A stretch of 64,000 nt of DNA from Octopus vulgaris (Eukaryota). The DNA lies in assembly GCA_951406725.2 (NCBI GenBank), contig OX597814.1, forward strand, positions 205,530,001 through 205,594,000, written 5' to 3'. Made by a program: the position numbers and the translations under genes. Below the pieces are notes generated by a model. The model made no database searches, was not told where the DNA came from, and saw nothing but the letters and a program-made list of their open reading frames with translations. Below are positions 25,565 to 37,964 of the stretch, piece after piece (position 1 is the first letter of the stretch; each line of letters opens with the position of its first letter).

Positions 25565-26460
25565 ATCATCATCATCATCATCATCAATTTCACTTGGCTT
25601 GATGGGCCTTCTTCTCAAGCACAGCAAACTGCTAAAGGTCTCAGTCATTTGTTGCTGCTGCCATGAGGCCCAACACATGAAAGGTGCTTTTTATGTGTCA
25701 TCAGCATGGGTGTCAGTTATGCAACACGGGCCTCTGTAAGACCCAACACTTGACAGGAGGTTTTTACGTGCCACTGACACAGATACCAGTTGCCTCCATG
25801 AGGCCCAACACTTGAAAAGTACTTTTTATGTGTCATCAGCATGGGTGTCAGTTATGCAACACAGGCCTCTGTAAGACCCAACACTTGACAGGAGGTTTTT
25901 ACGTGCCACTGACACAGATACCAGTTGCCTCCATGAGGCCCAACACTTGAAAAGTACTTTTTATGTGTCATCAGCATGGGTGTCAGTTATGCAACACAGG
26001 CCTCTGTAAGACCCAACACTTGACAGGAGGTTTTTACATGCCACTGACACAGATACCAGTTACCTCCATGAGGCCCAACACTCGAAAGGTGTTTTTAAAT
26101 GTCACCAGTACAGGTACCAGGTACCAGAGGTCGGCATTGATCATGGCTACAGTTTCAGTTGGCTTGACGAGTTCCTCAAGCACAGTATATCACTAAATGA
26201 CTCAGTCACTAGTCATTGCTTCTGTGAAGTGCAACGGTCGAAGGCCATGCTTCACCACCTTGTCCCATGTCTTCCTGGGTCTGTCTCTTCTACAGGTTCC
26301 TGCCACAGTTAGAGATCAGCACTTCTTTACACAGCTGTCCTATCCATATGCCTCACATAACCATACCAATGCAGTCATCTCTCTTGCACACCACATCTGA
26401 TGCCTCTTATGCCCAACTTTTCTCTGAAGATACTTACACTGACATTGTGCATCCAGCAAA
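25565..26460 (-). mobile_element. RTE LINE 3' region with a 135-bp tandem triplication
   Basis: RT relic at 26160-26460. CCATGAGGCCCAACAC recurs at 25661, 25796, 25931 and 26066 (period 135). Confidence 0.85.
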
Positions 26461-27172
26461 TATATATGCATATATAATCATCATCATCATCATTTAATAT
26501 TTGCTTTCCATGCTGGTATGAGTTGAACAATACATACACACACACACACACATACACACATATGTATATATGATGATGACGATGATTTATATATACACAC
26601 ACTGTGCTTGAAGAGACCTATTGAGTTAAGTACATCAGCATCACAAAATCAAATGGAAATTGTAGTTGTGATACCTGTGCCGGTGGCATGTAAAATGCAC
26701 CATCCGAACATGGCCGATGCCAGCGTCACCTTGACTGGCTTCTGTGTCAGTGGCACGTAAATAGCACCAACTGATTGTGGCTGTCGCCAGCCTCACCTGG
26801 CATGTAAAAAGCACCCACTACGCTCACGGAGTGGTTGGCGTTAGGAAGGGCATCCAGCTGTAGAAACACTGCCCGATCAGACTGGTGCCTGGTGCAGCCT
26901 CCTAGCTTCCCAGACCCCGGTCGAATCGTCCAACCCATGCTAGCATGGAAAACGGACGTTAAACGATGATGATGATATATTATGCCTACATACATATGTA
27001 AAAAGCACTGGTATGGGTGTTGGTGCTACATAAAATCCATACAGTACATGTTTGGTGTTAGTAAGGGTATCCAGCTGTAAAAATCAAGCCAAAACAGACT
27101 ATCATGTGGCCTCCTAGCCTTGCCAGTTCCTGTCAAGCCATCTGACCCATACCAGCATGGAGAATGGATATG

Positions 27173-27203
<31 letters not shown>

Positions 27204-27234
27204 GCGTGTGTATGTGTGTGTGTGCACACGTGTA

Positions 27235-27278
<44 letters not shown>

Positions 27279-27333
27279 ACTGCAGCTGCATGGCTGAAAC
27301 AAGTAAAAGTGTAAAACAGTTTGAATATATATA

Positions 27334-27496
27334 GGTGCAGGAGTGGCTATGTGGCAAGAAGCTTGCTTCCCAACCTCATGATTCTGTGTTCAGTCCCACT
27401 GCGTGGCACCTTGGACAAGTGTCTTCTGCTATAGCCTTGGGCCAACCAAAGCCTTGTGAGTGGATGTGGTAGATGGAAACTGAAAGAAGCCCATTG

Positions 27497-27559
<63 letters not shown>

Positions 27560-27752
27560 TAGTATATCTGAGTTTTCTCCTCACCATCATTTGCCAACCA
27601 ATGTTAGTGTGTTTACATTCCTGTAACTTAGCAGTTTGGCAAAAGCGACTGATAGAATAAGTACTAGGCTTACAAAGAATAAATCTTGGGGTTGATTTGT
27701 TCAACTAAAGGCAGGTGCTCCAGCATGAACACAGTCAAATGGCGAATAAAGG
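27334..27752 (+). mobile_element. major tRNA-derived SINE (CORE-like CCTTGGGCAAGTGTCTT domain, internal TA/TG microsatellite)
   Basis: GGTGCAGGAGTGGCT(A/G)TGTGG...GTTCAGTCCC...tail GGTGCTCCAGCATG..CAGTCAAAT. Partial copies at about 1236-1330, 4025-4088, 24040-24240, 25420-25560, 34090-34175, 34517-34670, 49630-49790, 62190-62350. Confidence 0.88.
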
Positions 27753-27804
27753 AATATATATATATATATAAGTGTGTGTATATTTGTGTGTGTGTGTGTA
27801 TTTG

Positions 27805-27836
<32 letters not shown>

Positions 27837-27859
27837 CACACATATATGTATGTATATAA

Positions 27860-28330
27860 GGCCATCTCTTTCCACACCATCAAAAGCTTTCATAAAATTG
27901 AACATGGCAAAATGTGGATTTGCTGTCGATAGGGATTTTTCTAAATTTGTTGCTTGGTCTCCAAGACACAAGAAATACACATCCGTATTCAAGAAGAATT
28001 TGCTTAAATACATTTTTTTTGTTTGTTTTGTAGCTTTTTAGCAGAATTTTTCATATCACAGAAAAGAAATTCTGTAAATGCTAATTATCTGTTCATCTTT
28101 GAAGTGTTATAGAAGATTATTGCATTGCCAAAATTTGTTTCCACCACATTTATAGACTTTATCAGGAATGCTATGAAATTCAGGAGCTTTCTCTGGTTTT
28201 GTTTTTTGGATGGCAGCTTCAAGTTCTTCCATATTCAGCAGTAATTCCAAATTGGTGTCTTTTGGAGACTGATGAACATATTCTAGAGTCATACTTAGAA
28301 TTGATAAAAAAGTGAAAAATGGGACAAAAC
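27860..28330 (-). mobile_element. old RTE-like RT relic
   Basis: MEELEAAIQKTKPEKAPEFHSIPDKVYKCGG and FAMFNFMKAFDGVERDGL on the minus strand. Confidence 0.7.
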
Positions 28331-28824
28331 CACTTCTGTAATCTTCTGTTACCACAGTGTTTGCTATAATCTTTTGAAACCACAAACAATAAACAACTCA
28401 CCAAATTCTGACACACTGTGATTATGTGTGTGTGTGTGTGAAAATATTTAATCCATAAACATTGATCTGACCAAACATTTGGCTAATCAGGATAAGTCAT
28501 AAGTGGAACAGAATATATTTTGTTGGACTAATGATTATGAACTGAATATATTATTGTTGAGTACTTCATAATAATATATAATAATATATTCAGTTCATAA
28601 TCATTAGTCCAACAAAATATATTCTGTTCCACTTATGACTTATCCTGATTAGCCAAATGTTTGGTCAGATCAATGTTTATGGATTATATTTTCACACACA
28701 CACACACATAATCACAGTGTGTCAGAATTTGGTGAGTTGTTTATTGTTTGTGGTTTCAAAAGATTATAGCAAACACTGTGGTAACAGAAGATTACAGAAG
28801 TGGTTTTGTCCCATTTTTCACTTT
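28309..28824. repeat. near-perfect inverted repeat, ~245-bp arms, 24-bp spacer
   Basis: 28309-28555 is the reverse complement of 28580-28824 apart from small indels near the (TG)n tract. Confidence 0.95.
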
Positions 28825-29571
28825 ATCATTATCATCATCATCATCATCGTTTAACGTCCGTTCTCCATGCTAGCATGGGTTGGACGGTTCGACCAGGGAT
28901 CTGGGAAGCCAGAAGGCTGCACCAGGCTCCAGTCTTATCTGGCAATGTTTCTACAGCTGGATGCCCTTCCTAACGCCAACCACTCCGTGAGTGTAGTGGG
29001 TGCTTTTTATGTGCCATCTGCACATATATATATAAGCATTATATATATATACATATAAGCATTATTACTGTTAAAAACAGTAATAATGAGGTGACTAGTC
29101 ATCACCATCACTTAACATTCGTTTTCCATGCTGGCATGAGTTAGATGACTTGACAGGAAGTGGTAAGGCCAGGGGCTACACTAGGCTCCGTTGTCTGTTT
29201 TGGCATGGTTTCTATAACTGGATGTCCTTCCTAACACCAACCACTTTACTGAGTGTCCTGGGTGCTTTTAGTATGGCACCAGCACTGGTGTTTTTATGTG
29301 GCACCAGCATCGACAAGGTCACTGAATAACTTGCAAGATGAAAGCTCCCTCAGCTTGGAGGAGAAAGTAATAGTGTGTGGGGGTAGCTTTATGCCAGTTG
29401 ATGAGGTACAGAGAGAGAGAGAGAGAGAGAGAGGAGGGAGTATGGTGTCCTGCTGTAAAGTAGATACAAGTATATTCCAGTTGAAAAAGAAAGGAAGGAA
29501 GGTGGGTTACAGAGCAAGATAAAGAAAGGGGTTGAGTCAGTGAGTATATGTATAGATTCCCCTCCAATGGT

Positions 29572-29740
29572 CACTCCTTGTTGTGGAGGAGGGGCTTGTG
29601 TGGACCGATGACTCAGAGTAATGCTGTTGGGAGTTCTAAACTCCTTGTAGGGTCACTCTTGGCAGCAAGGTTGAGGGTGAGGACCCAGACTAAGTGTGAA
29701 CAACCCGCCAAAGACCCCCAACAGTGGAACAAGTGGATGA
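29572..29740 (+). mobile_element. RTE (BovB/Expander-like) 5' UTR fragment
   Basis: CACTCCTTGTTGTGGAGGAGGGGCTTGTGTG..GATGA..GTAGGGTCACTCTTGGCAG..AAGGT..GGTGAGGA.CCAGAC resembles the conserved 5' leader of RTE-clade LINEs (recognition from memory). Confidence 0.55.
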
Positions 29741-31604
29741 GGATTACAACAGATCTCCATGCTCGAACCAGTGGATGAAGAGGGTTATGCATGATGGACG
29801 TGCTACAGAAGGTACCACTCAAAACTATACCTGGGTCAACGACAGTCCATTACAGTATCAAAACAGGTTCCTGCATGTCTCATTTTATATGTGTCACAGA
29901 GGAAGGTCATGAAATCAAGTGTGGGGGTCATTTCCCAGCAAGCTGAGGTCTACATTTAAACAAATCCCTTGGCACTTTCTTCTACATTGATCATGACAAT
30001 ATATTTAATATTTATGATTAAAATATGATATGGATTGTGCAAACGGTGAACTGAGGTGGTGCTGCGATTCTATCAGCTCTTCAAATACAACAATTATTTT
30101 GACCAGAATCTGACATTTAAGAAGGAATATTAAATCACTATTCAGTTGGCATTACATTACATATCCTAATTTAGTGAATGGATGAAATAATAATTACAGA
30201 AAGCAGGAAACCCAATGGAAAGCTAAAACCTTTTAATATAACAAAGAAGTACATGGTATAAAAAATACAATGGAGCTCTTTCTGAATCTACTCATAGATT
30301 ACTGATTACAATTTCCAGGTATTACCACTTCTTCTTCTGCTTCTTAATTCCTTCCTCCTCATTTTTGTTTTCTTTATCTTTGTTTCCTTGGTGAGGCAGT
30401 TATGGGTTTTTTCTTGATAATTTGACTTTTTATACTTTTAATCTTCTTTTTTTTTATATATATATTTCCAGGCATCACAACTTGGCCACTCTTTCTTCTT
30501 TTACCATTGTCTTCTCTTCAATATCCTGTTTAAGGAATTCATCTTTGTAATCTTATACGTTTTTATTAGTGTTGATGCTGCCAATGCATGAAATAACGGA
30601 AATCGGAAGAAAACAAAAGAATCAAAGAATTATTGTCTGAATGTTTCCAAAGATTTTTATTAAACATTTGCAAAAGTTCTGGAAATATTTTAGTGTCTGT
30701 TAGTATTTATGGATGGTTGTAGAATCATACATTCTTTTATTTTCATTGCATTATAGTTGTAAACAAGAGCCATCATCATCTAATTTTGATTTCCCAATCA
30801 TGTGAGAAAACATGCCTGTTCATGAGGAAATATTACCTTAATTGGAAATTGGGGAGAGTTCGTGACAGGAAGGGCATCCAACTGTAGAAATCCACCTCAG
30901 TAAATACCATCTGATCCATATGAGCTTGGAAGAGTGGATGTTAAAACTAGGCTAACATGACCTTTTCACCCCTCCTTAACCTTCCTTTCTGCAGTGCCAT
31001 CTTCATGCAACCAAACTTGCTTACACCAAAATGCAACCAACTCTTATGACCAAACTTGCTTGCATCAAATCTGCTCTGACTCAATGAACAGAGATCCTGC
31101 TGACATTATCCAATGGGATTTCTTTATTCTTTTAACCTACATCAGTGTCACTTAACCAGTCCCAGCCCACTCAGAAGTTCCTTGGATCATAGGGTGACAT
31201 GCTGTGCTTGAAGAGACCTATTCAGTCAAGTACATCAAAATCAAAATCAAATGGAAATTGTAGTTGTGATTCCCATACCGGTGGTACATAAAAAGCACCA
31301 TCTGAACATGGCTGATGCCAGCGCCACCTTGCTGGCTTCTGTGTTGCTGGCACGTAAAAAGCACCAACTGATCATGGTCGTTGCCAGCCTCCTCTAGCCC
31401 TTGTGCCAGTGGAACATAAAAAGCACCCACTACACTCTCAGAGTGGTTGGCATTAGGAAGGGCATCCAGCTGTAGAAACACTGCCAGATCAGACTGGAGC
31501 CTAGTGCAGCCTCCTGGCTTCCCAGACCCTAGTCGAACCGTCCAACCCATTCTAGCATGGAAAATGGACATTAAACGATGATGATGATAATGATGATGAT
31601 GATG

Positions 31605-31777
31605 TTCCAACCCAAAGGCTGTGACCCTGTCGGGACACTGCCATTTAAGGTGTTGCTTACAGCCCCCAGGCTTCACAAAAGATCATCTGTTTCAGCACTA
31701 ACTAAGCTTGATGTTGCTTCACTTAGGTGATTGGATGAGAACTATTGCATTCAGTATGAAATGTTATGATTACAAAC
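31605..31777 (-). mobile_element. 5S rRNA-derived SINE (SINE3-like) or 5S pseudogene with SINE tail
   Basis: Minus 31777-31655: ...CTGAATGCAATAGTTCTCATCCAATCACCTAAGTGAAGCAACATCAAGCTTAGTTAGTGCTGAAACAGATGA...GCTGTAAGC aligns by eye with 5S rRNA. Followed by a SINE-tail-like segment. Confidence 0.65.
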
Positions 31778-32546
31778 TTTTCTCTCTCAGTATCATAAAA
31801 CATAGTCTTCAACACCTGACATAAAACCACCTTCTCCTCCCTCAAATTCATTCCCACTCAGCCAAGGGAGAGTTTTCCTTTCTTTACTTTGTTTAGCAAG
31901 TTACTTAGTGACCTCACTGGAGCAAGTGTCATGAGAAAAGCACCCAGCACACACTGTAAAGTGATTGGTGTTAGGAAGGACATCCAGCTATAGTAACCAA
32001 CCAAAACTGGGACTATGCTGCGGCTCTGTGGTTCATCAGACCCTCTCAAACTGTCCAACCCATATCGACATGGGAAACAGATATTAAATGATGATGAAGA
32101 AAACAATGATGATAATGTTGAATCATTGCTTTTGTCCAGGAAAGTATTGCTCCTCACCTTCTTAAACATAGACAACTTGCAACAAGAACCCCAACAATCA
32201 CTTCAAATACAAGGTCTCACTATCATTGAGGATGACAATAAACTTCAAGCACTCTTATAATTAGCTAACATTAGTCTGTCCCTTGCTCATGTGCATTCAA
32301 GTGGTACGTAAAAAACACCATCCAAATGTGGCTGATGCCAGCGCCGCCTTGACTGGCTTCTGTGCCGGTGGTATGTAAAAAGTACCCTCTACACTCACGG
32401 AGTGGTTGATGTTAGGAAGGGCATCCAGCTGTAGAAACACTGCCAGATCAGACTGGTGCCTGGTGCAGTCTCCTGGCTTCCCAGACCCCAGTCGAACTGT
32501 CTAACCCATGCCAGCATGGAAAACGGATGTTAAACGATGATGATGA

Positions 32547-33142
32547 ATGGTGACAGGAGATGAAAAATGGATCATCTATAATAATGTGTAGTGCAAACAA
32601 ACATGGAAGAAGTGCTGTAAACCATCAGAAACAACCTCCAAAGCAGAACTTCACCTGAAGATAGAAGAATGTTGTCTTTCACGAGCTTCTTCCAATGGAC
32701 AGGACTCCCAATTCAGATGTGTACCGTGACCAGCTAGAGAAATTAAAAGCAGTGATCCACCAGAAGTGTCCAGCATTTGTTAATCATTTGGGCAATGTCT
32801 TTCATCTCAACAATGCCAGATCATACACACTTCTTTGTAGATATGGCAGAAGTTACAGGGGCTTGGCTGGGAAGTTTTGCTGCACCCTCCGTATTCATCT
32901 GACTTTGTGCCTTCAGATATTCATCTGATTTGGTCCCTTCAAAATTCATTGAATGGACTGACCTTCAATTCTGAAAAGGATATAAAATTCCACTTGGAAG
33001 AGTCAGGGAAAATAGATCTGTCCAGAAGATGGCAGAAACTACTGGATAATTATAGCACTGGTTGAATAAACCACTTTGGGTTTAAAACTTGTCTTCTTTT
33101 CACTGAAAAATACCAAATGGACTTTCTGGGAAAGTCCAATAT
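32547..33142 (+). mobile_element. mariner transposase 3' half with right TIR
   Basis: MVTGDEKWIIYNN, VFHELLP, YRDQLEKL, FHLNNAR, LHPPYSSDFVPSDIHL; end GGACTTTCTGGGAAAGTCCAATA. Confidence 0.88.
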
Positions 33143-33464
33143 AACCTGAACATAGCAAGGATTGCATCATTAAGAAATAACTCAGTAAATACCTCTGTCC
33201 GCCAACTATTAACTCTGCACACCCACCTCTGCAAAAGGTGAAGTGAGTTTTACAGTGGAGCACATGTCAGACAGTGCTGAAGCTGCACACACACACATAT
33301 GCATACACACACACACACAGATATGCATACACACACACATATGCATGGACACAAACACACACAGATATGCATACACAGATGCACACACATACAGTTATGC
33401 ATACATACATATATGTGTACACGTACACAAACATGCACATACATGTACTTGCATGCATGCACAT

Positions 33465-33507
<43 letters not shown>

Positions 33508-34206
33508 ATGCACACACACACAGATATGTATACACACATGTGCACACACACAGTTATGCATACATACATACATACATGTGCACACACATGCACATAACTC
33601 ACACATACACACACATGCACACACAGATAGATATATGCATACACACATATGCACACACACACACAGATAGAGGTATGCATACACACATGCACACACACAG
33701 TTATGCATACATACATACATGTGCACACACACATGCACATAACTCACACACACACACACACACACACACATCCTGGACAGCATCGCCAGAAAGGCTAATC
33801 AATTCACATACAGTCACTCTCAAAGATCTTCAAAAACTCTCACCCACAAACATTGTAAGCACAATGCTTTTATCTCAACCACAGTATATATATATAATAC
33901 TGTACAATACATAATATGTATCCATACAATAAATTCACTCCCCCATTGTCCCTCCACCCCATCTTTCGTAGAATATGACCTTGGTCTTTTAAAATTCAGG
34001 GTTGCCTTTGGTTGATGTTTTCCTTGACTTGAACAATGTTATCAAGCTGTCTTCTGCTTCCCTCCATCTCTTTCTCCCTCGCTCCATTATTATTACAATA
34101 GTCTTCAGCTGTAACCTTGGGCCAACCACAGCCTTATCAGTGCATTTGGTAGTTGGAAACAGAAGAAGCCCATTGTGCGTATGGTTCTGCATGTATACAC
34201 ACACAT

Positions 34207-34239
<33 letters not shown>

Positions 34240-34391
34240 GCCTCTATTTAGCTTCACACAAAATGAAAAATGGTGAAACAGGTCAGTTTATCACAAATTC
34301 TTTGTAAACTCCTAAATATATCTCCTGTATATATATATATCATCATCATCATCATCATCATTTAACGTCCGCTTTCCATGCTAGCATGGGT

Positions 34392-34469
<78 letters not shown>

Positions 34470-35204
34470 CACCAAAATATGACATTTTTGAACTTATAAT
34501 TTTCTGTGTATATATATCCCGTCACTTAGCGGTTCGGCAAAAGAGACCGATAGAATAAGTACTGGGCTTACAAAGAATAAGTCCCGGGGTGGATTTGCTC
34601 GACTAAAGGCGGTGCTCCAGCGTGGCTGCAGTCAAATGACTGAAACAAGTAAAAGAGTAAAAGAGTAAAAAAAGATTCTTCCAAACAAACATGATTTTTT
34701 AATGAAATCCTAATATTTTCAATGAACTTTTTAATAATTTCTCAAGCTTTTTCCTTGTAAACTGTTTTTAGTATTTTCTTATTATTATCAAAGAATGTAT
34801 ATATGTATTGTAATATTTTGTAACAACCAGTATTTAACACAAAAAAGATTTTACAAAGCTTTTACATTTTACTTTTGACAATCTTTTTCTAAAAAAGTGA
34901 AACCGGTCAAGTGAATAAACACCTTTTAAAATTGCATTTTCAAACCTTCTTTCATATATATATATATATATATATACATATAACAAGTAGAAAGATAAAT
35001 TCTATTCAACATGTAAAATGCTCATGGCTGGTTTCCAGCAAAAAACTTTTTCTGCTCTTAAAAAAGATTTTATCTTTTATATATACTGTTCAGTATTTAC
35101 ATGTTGAAAAAAGATATATCTTTCTTCTTGTTCTACAATACATTTCAACACTTCAAAAACAAACCCATGCTTGTTTACATATGACATAATATATATATAC
35201 TCTC

Positions 35205-35406
35205 TCTCTTTTACTCTTTTACTTGTTTCAGTCATTTGACTGTGGCCATGCTGGAGCACCGTCTTTAGTCGCGCAAATCGACCCCGGGACTTATTCTTTC
35301 TAAGCCCAGTACTTATTCTATCGGTCCCTTTTGCCGAACCGCTAAGTGACGGGGATGTAAACACACCAGCATCGGTTGTCAAGCAATGCTAGGGAGACAA
35401 ACACAT

Positions 35407-35439
<33 letters not shown>

Positions 35440-35607
35440 CATATATACGACAGGCTTCTTTCAGTTTCCGTCTACCAAATCCACTCACAAGGCATTGGTC
35501 GGCCCGGGGCTATAGCTGAAGACACTTGCCCAAGATGCCATGCAGTGGGACTGAACCCGGAACCATGTGGTTGGTTAGCAAGCTACTTACCACACAGCCA
35601 CTCCTGT
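35205..35607 (-). mobile_element. major tRNA-SINE, full length
   Basis: Reverse complement of the family at 27334, 39082 and 53834, with (AAAAGAGT)n tail. Confidence 0.9.
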
Positions 35608-35847
35608 ATATATATATATATATATATATACAAAGGAAGAAAAAAGATGAAAAAACACAGAAGATTTGTTTTACAAGACTAAAGAATATATTAGAATCCT
35701 CATAGCAAAAGTATTATACAATACTATACAAAATAAGACTTTTTCTTCCAACTTAATAATCGGTTTCACTAACGCTTTTCAAAGTTTGAGTGTTGGATAC
35801 AATTCGTAGTTAGAGATTTTGCTAGGGGGCATAATTGGCAACTAAGG

Positions 35848-35901
<54 letters not shown>

Positions 35902-35979
35902 ATGCATATATATATATATATAGTACGTTTAAATATTTGTTGTGCAAGATTTTTTATGTGAAGTCGTGTGTTGAAACAG

Positions 35980-36219
35980 ATATTGTTATATTTCGGAATG
36001 GTCATTTTGCCAGTTTAGCCAATAAAAACACACGCACTATATATTTGGTGTTATTTTGCTTCAGTGATATTTATTTTTTACATTAATCTTAATCTTATTC
36101 TTTGGCCGAAATAAGATTAAGATTAATGTAAAAAATAAATATCACTGAAGCAAAATAACACCAAATATATAGTGCGTGTGTTTTTATTGGCTAAACTGGC
36201 AAAATGACCATTCCTAAAT

Positions 36220-36229
<10 letters not shown>
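35980..36229. repeat. near-perfect palindrome, ~120-bp arms, 10-bp spacer
   Basis: 35980-36099 versus 36110-36229, about 2 mismatches. Confidence 0.95.
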
Positions 36230-36261
<32 letters not shown>

Positions 36262-36262
36262 A

Positions 36263-36309
<47 letters not shown>

Positions 36310-36379
36310 GTATATGCATATATCACATATACCATCATCATCATTTAATGATATATATGTGCAGAGAACAACTTCTGTC

Positions 36380-37418
36380 ACATTCCAAGGAGAAAAACTA
36401 GAAGTAGTTGATAGCTTCCGTTACCTAGGTGGCCAAATCTGTAGCGGGTGGGGTGGTGGTGCTCTAAAAGTGTAGCTGCTAGAATAAGAATAGCCTGGGC
36501 AAAGTTCAGAGAGCTCTTACATCTGCTGGTGACAAAGGGTCTCTTGCTCAGAGCAAAAGGTAGACTGTATGACGCATGTGTATGAACAGCATGCTACATG
36601 GCAGTGAAACATGAGCCGTGACTGCTGAGGACATGCGTAAGCTCACAAGGAATGAAGCCAGTATGCTCTGCTGGGTGTGTAATGTCAGTGTACGTACACG
36701 ACCGAGTGTAAGTGCCTTGAGAGAAAGGTTGGATCTAAGAAGCATCAGATGTGGTGTGCAAGAGAGACGACTGCGCTGGTATGGTCATGTGGTAAGAGTG
36801 GATGTGGATAGCTGTGTAAAAAAAGTGCCACACCCTAGCAGTTGAGGGAACCTGTGGAAGAGGTTGACCCAGGAAGACCTAGAATGAAGTGGTGAAGCAC
36901 AACCTTCGAACATTGGGCCTCACCGAGGCAATGACCAGTGACTGAGACTTTTGGAAATATGCTGTGCTTGAGAAGACCCGGCAAGCCAAGTGAGACCATA
37001 ACCTTGTGACCTATGCCAGGGGTGTAACCAGTCCACTTATGCGTACCTTCCCTTCATTGGACACTGCTTGCGAAGACCTGTTGAGACAATTGCAATCGAA
37101 ATCAAATTTGATGATTGGCATCCATGCTAGTGGAGCACTAAGAGCACCATCTAAGCGTGATCGTTGCCAGAGCGGCTAACTGGCATCCGTGCCGGGGGCA
37201 CATAAAAAGCACCATTTAAGTGTGATCGTTACCAGCATTGCCTTACTGGCACTTGTGCTTGTGTGCAGGTGGCACGTAAAAAAAAAACCTGATTTTTTCG
37301 TGGCCATTGCCAGTACTGCCTGAATGGTCCTGAACGGTGGCACGTAAAAGCACCCACTACACTCTCGGAGTGGTTGGTGTTAGGAAGGGCATCTAGCTGT
37401 AGAAACCTTGCCAGATCA
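36380..37418 (+). mobile_element. RTE LINE 3' portion with long modular 3' UTR
   Basis: EKLEVVDSFRYLG, ARIRIAWAKFRELL, RNEASMLCWVC, IRCGVQERRLRWYGHV, YAVLEKTRQAK*, then UTR repeat units and AGGAAGGGCATC motif. Confidence 0.92.
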
Positions 37419-37429
37419 ATATTTGTTTT

Positions 37430-37790
37430 ACATTTTAGTGACTTGTATATTTCCACGTGTTAGTAGATTCCTTCATTGGATGCGTGTGGCAGTAAGTGGG
37501 GACAGTGGCTATTTGACTGGCATTGTTGGCCGAAGGAGCTATACCTGGTGATACATATGTATATATTTATATACATGTATGTATTCGCAACTTTTAAGTC
37601 ACTTCAAAAATCCCTCAATCCAATAACAAGGTTTACAAAATCTATGCTTGGAATGACCAATTTTAAATATTATTGGAACTTACAAGGTACAGGAATCTTA
37701 TACGTATACCATTTTCCCTAAATAATGGAACTGCAGATACAATATCCCTGCATATCTCACGTCTGTTTTCATTCCTCCACTTCACTCTCT
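37430..37790 (-). pseudogene. possible decayed cyclic-nucleotide-binding-domain (CNG/HCN/CNGK-like channel) segment
   Basis: Minus strand gives EICRDIVSAVPLFRE..IRFLYL, frameshifted DF/YWI/GIFEV, then IATVPTYCH, in CNBD order. Motif resemblance only. Confidence 0.35.
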
Positions 37791-37964
37791 ATTTCATATC
37801 TTCTCTAGAATAACTAGAGTTTAAAATATCTTACGATCGTTTTGTGGATGTATTATCCTTAGAAATGGAATCTAAAATTGATAATCATTATTAGGTAAAA
37901 ATTCACCTGTCAGATATTTTAAACTTTTAAACTTTTTAAATAAGCATATTGTATATATTTATAC

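Noticed and set aside
31218-31676. Recurrent peptide LAVFLQLDALPNANHSESVVGAFYVPP in many ORFs
   Set aside because: Antisense translation of the non-coding RTE 3' tail, repeated because the element is high copy.
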